Assembly (NCBI RefSeq): GCF_963921235.1
Contig: NC_086109.1
Location: 29,142,001-29,206,000 of the forward strand
Direction of reading: 5' to 3'
DNA length: 64,000 nt
Source of the DNA: Mobula hypostoma
Taxonomy: Eukaryota
This document shows, in pieces, positions 63,778-64,000 of the stretch (its first letter is position 1; each line of letters opens with the position of its first letter). The translations under genes were made by a program, and so were the position numbers. The notes below the pieces were generated by a model. That model was not told where the DNA came from and did not search any database. It worked only from the letters and a program-made list of their open reading frames with translations.

Positions 63778-64000
63778 AGGGTGTCGAGGAAGGGATAGCA
63801 CTTCTGGTGATGGGTCTTGTCATGTCCATTCTGGGGTACTCTCTCTCCTTGGACCCAACTGGACACTCAGCTCTCACATGTGACTCCAAATAGCTGTTTG
63901 CATGTGACAGCAGCCACACCTTGGTACACTCCTTAGACAGGTAGGCTAAACTGGGTGAGGGTAGTCAGTGGGATTCATACCCTCCTGAGGTTGGGACATG
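63778..64000 (+). mobile_element. Second, more diverged copy of the HDV-like-ribozyme element (runs off window)
   Basis: AGGGTGT...CACTCAGCTCTCACATGTGACTCC..GCTGTTTGCATGTGACAGC..GCCACACCTTGG..GGCTAAACTGGGTGAGGGTAG aligns with 39751-39975. Confidence 0.75.

Overview
Repeat-dense vertebrate intergenic or intronic DNA. The repeat inventory (HE1/V-SINE-like SINEs, CR1, Rex1/Babar, Neptune-type Penelope) points to a cartilaginous fish, probably a ray; this is inference. No host gene could be confidently identified. Most recognisable sequence is transposon-derived: one 5'-truncated Penelope-like element (PLE) with an uninterrupted RT + GIY-YIG frame and a 14-bp TSD (20021-22324), many short PLE 3'-end copies, decayed CR1, Rex1/Babar, RTE and Tx1 LINE fragments, a Buster-type hAT DNA transposon with nested insertions, and several tRNA-derived SINEs. 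The main signal is RNA-structural. (i) A minimal, dimer-type hammerhead ribozyme motif sits at the PLE 3' end and in its short derivatives, some arranged as inverted pairs. (ii) A non-coding ~560-bp TSD-flanked element starts essentially at the cleavage site of a predicted HDV-like ribozyme carrying an unusual hairpin inserted in L3, with a second copy at the window end. Boundaries of decayed repeats are approximate, and family names come from motif recognition, not database searches.
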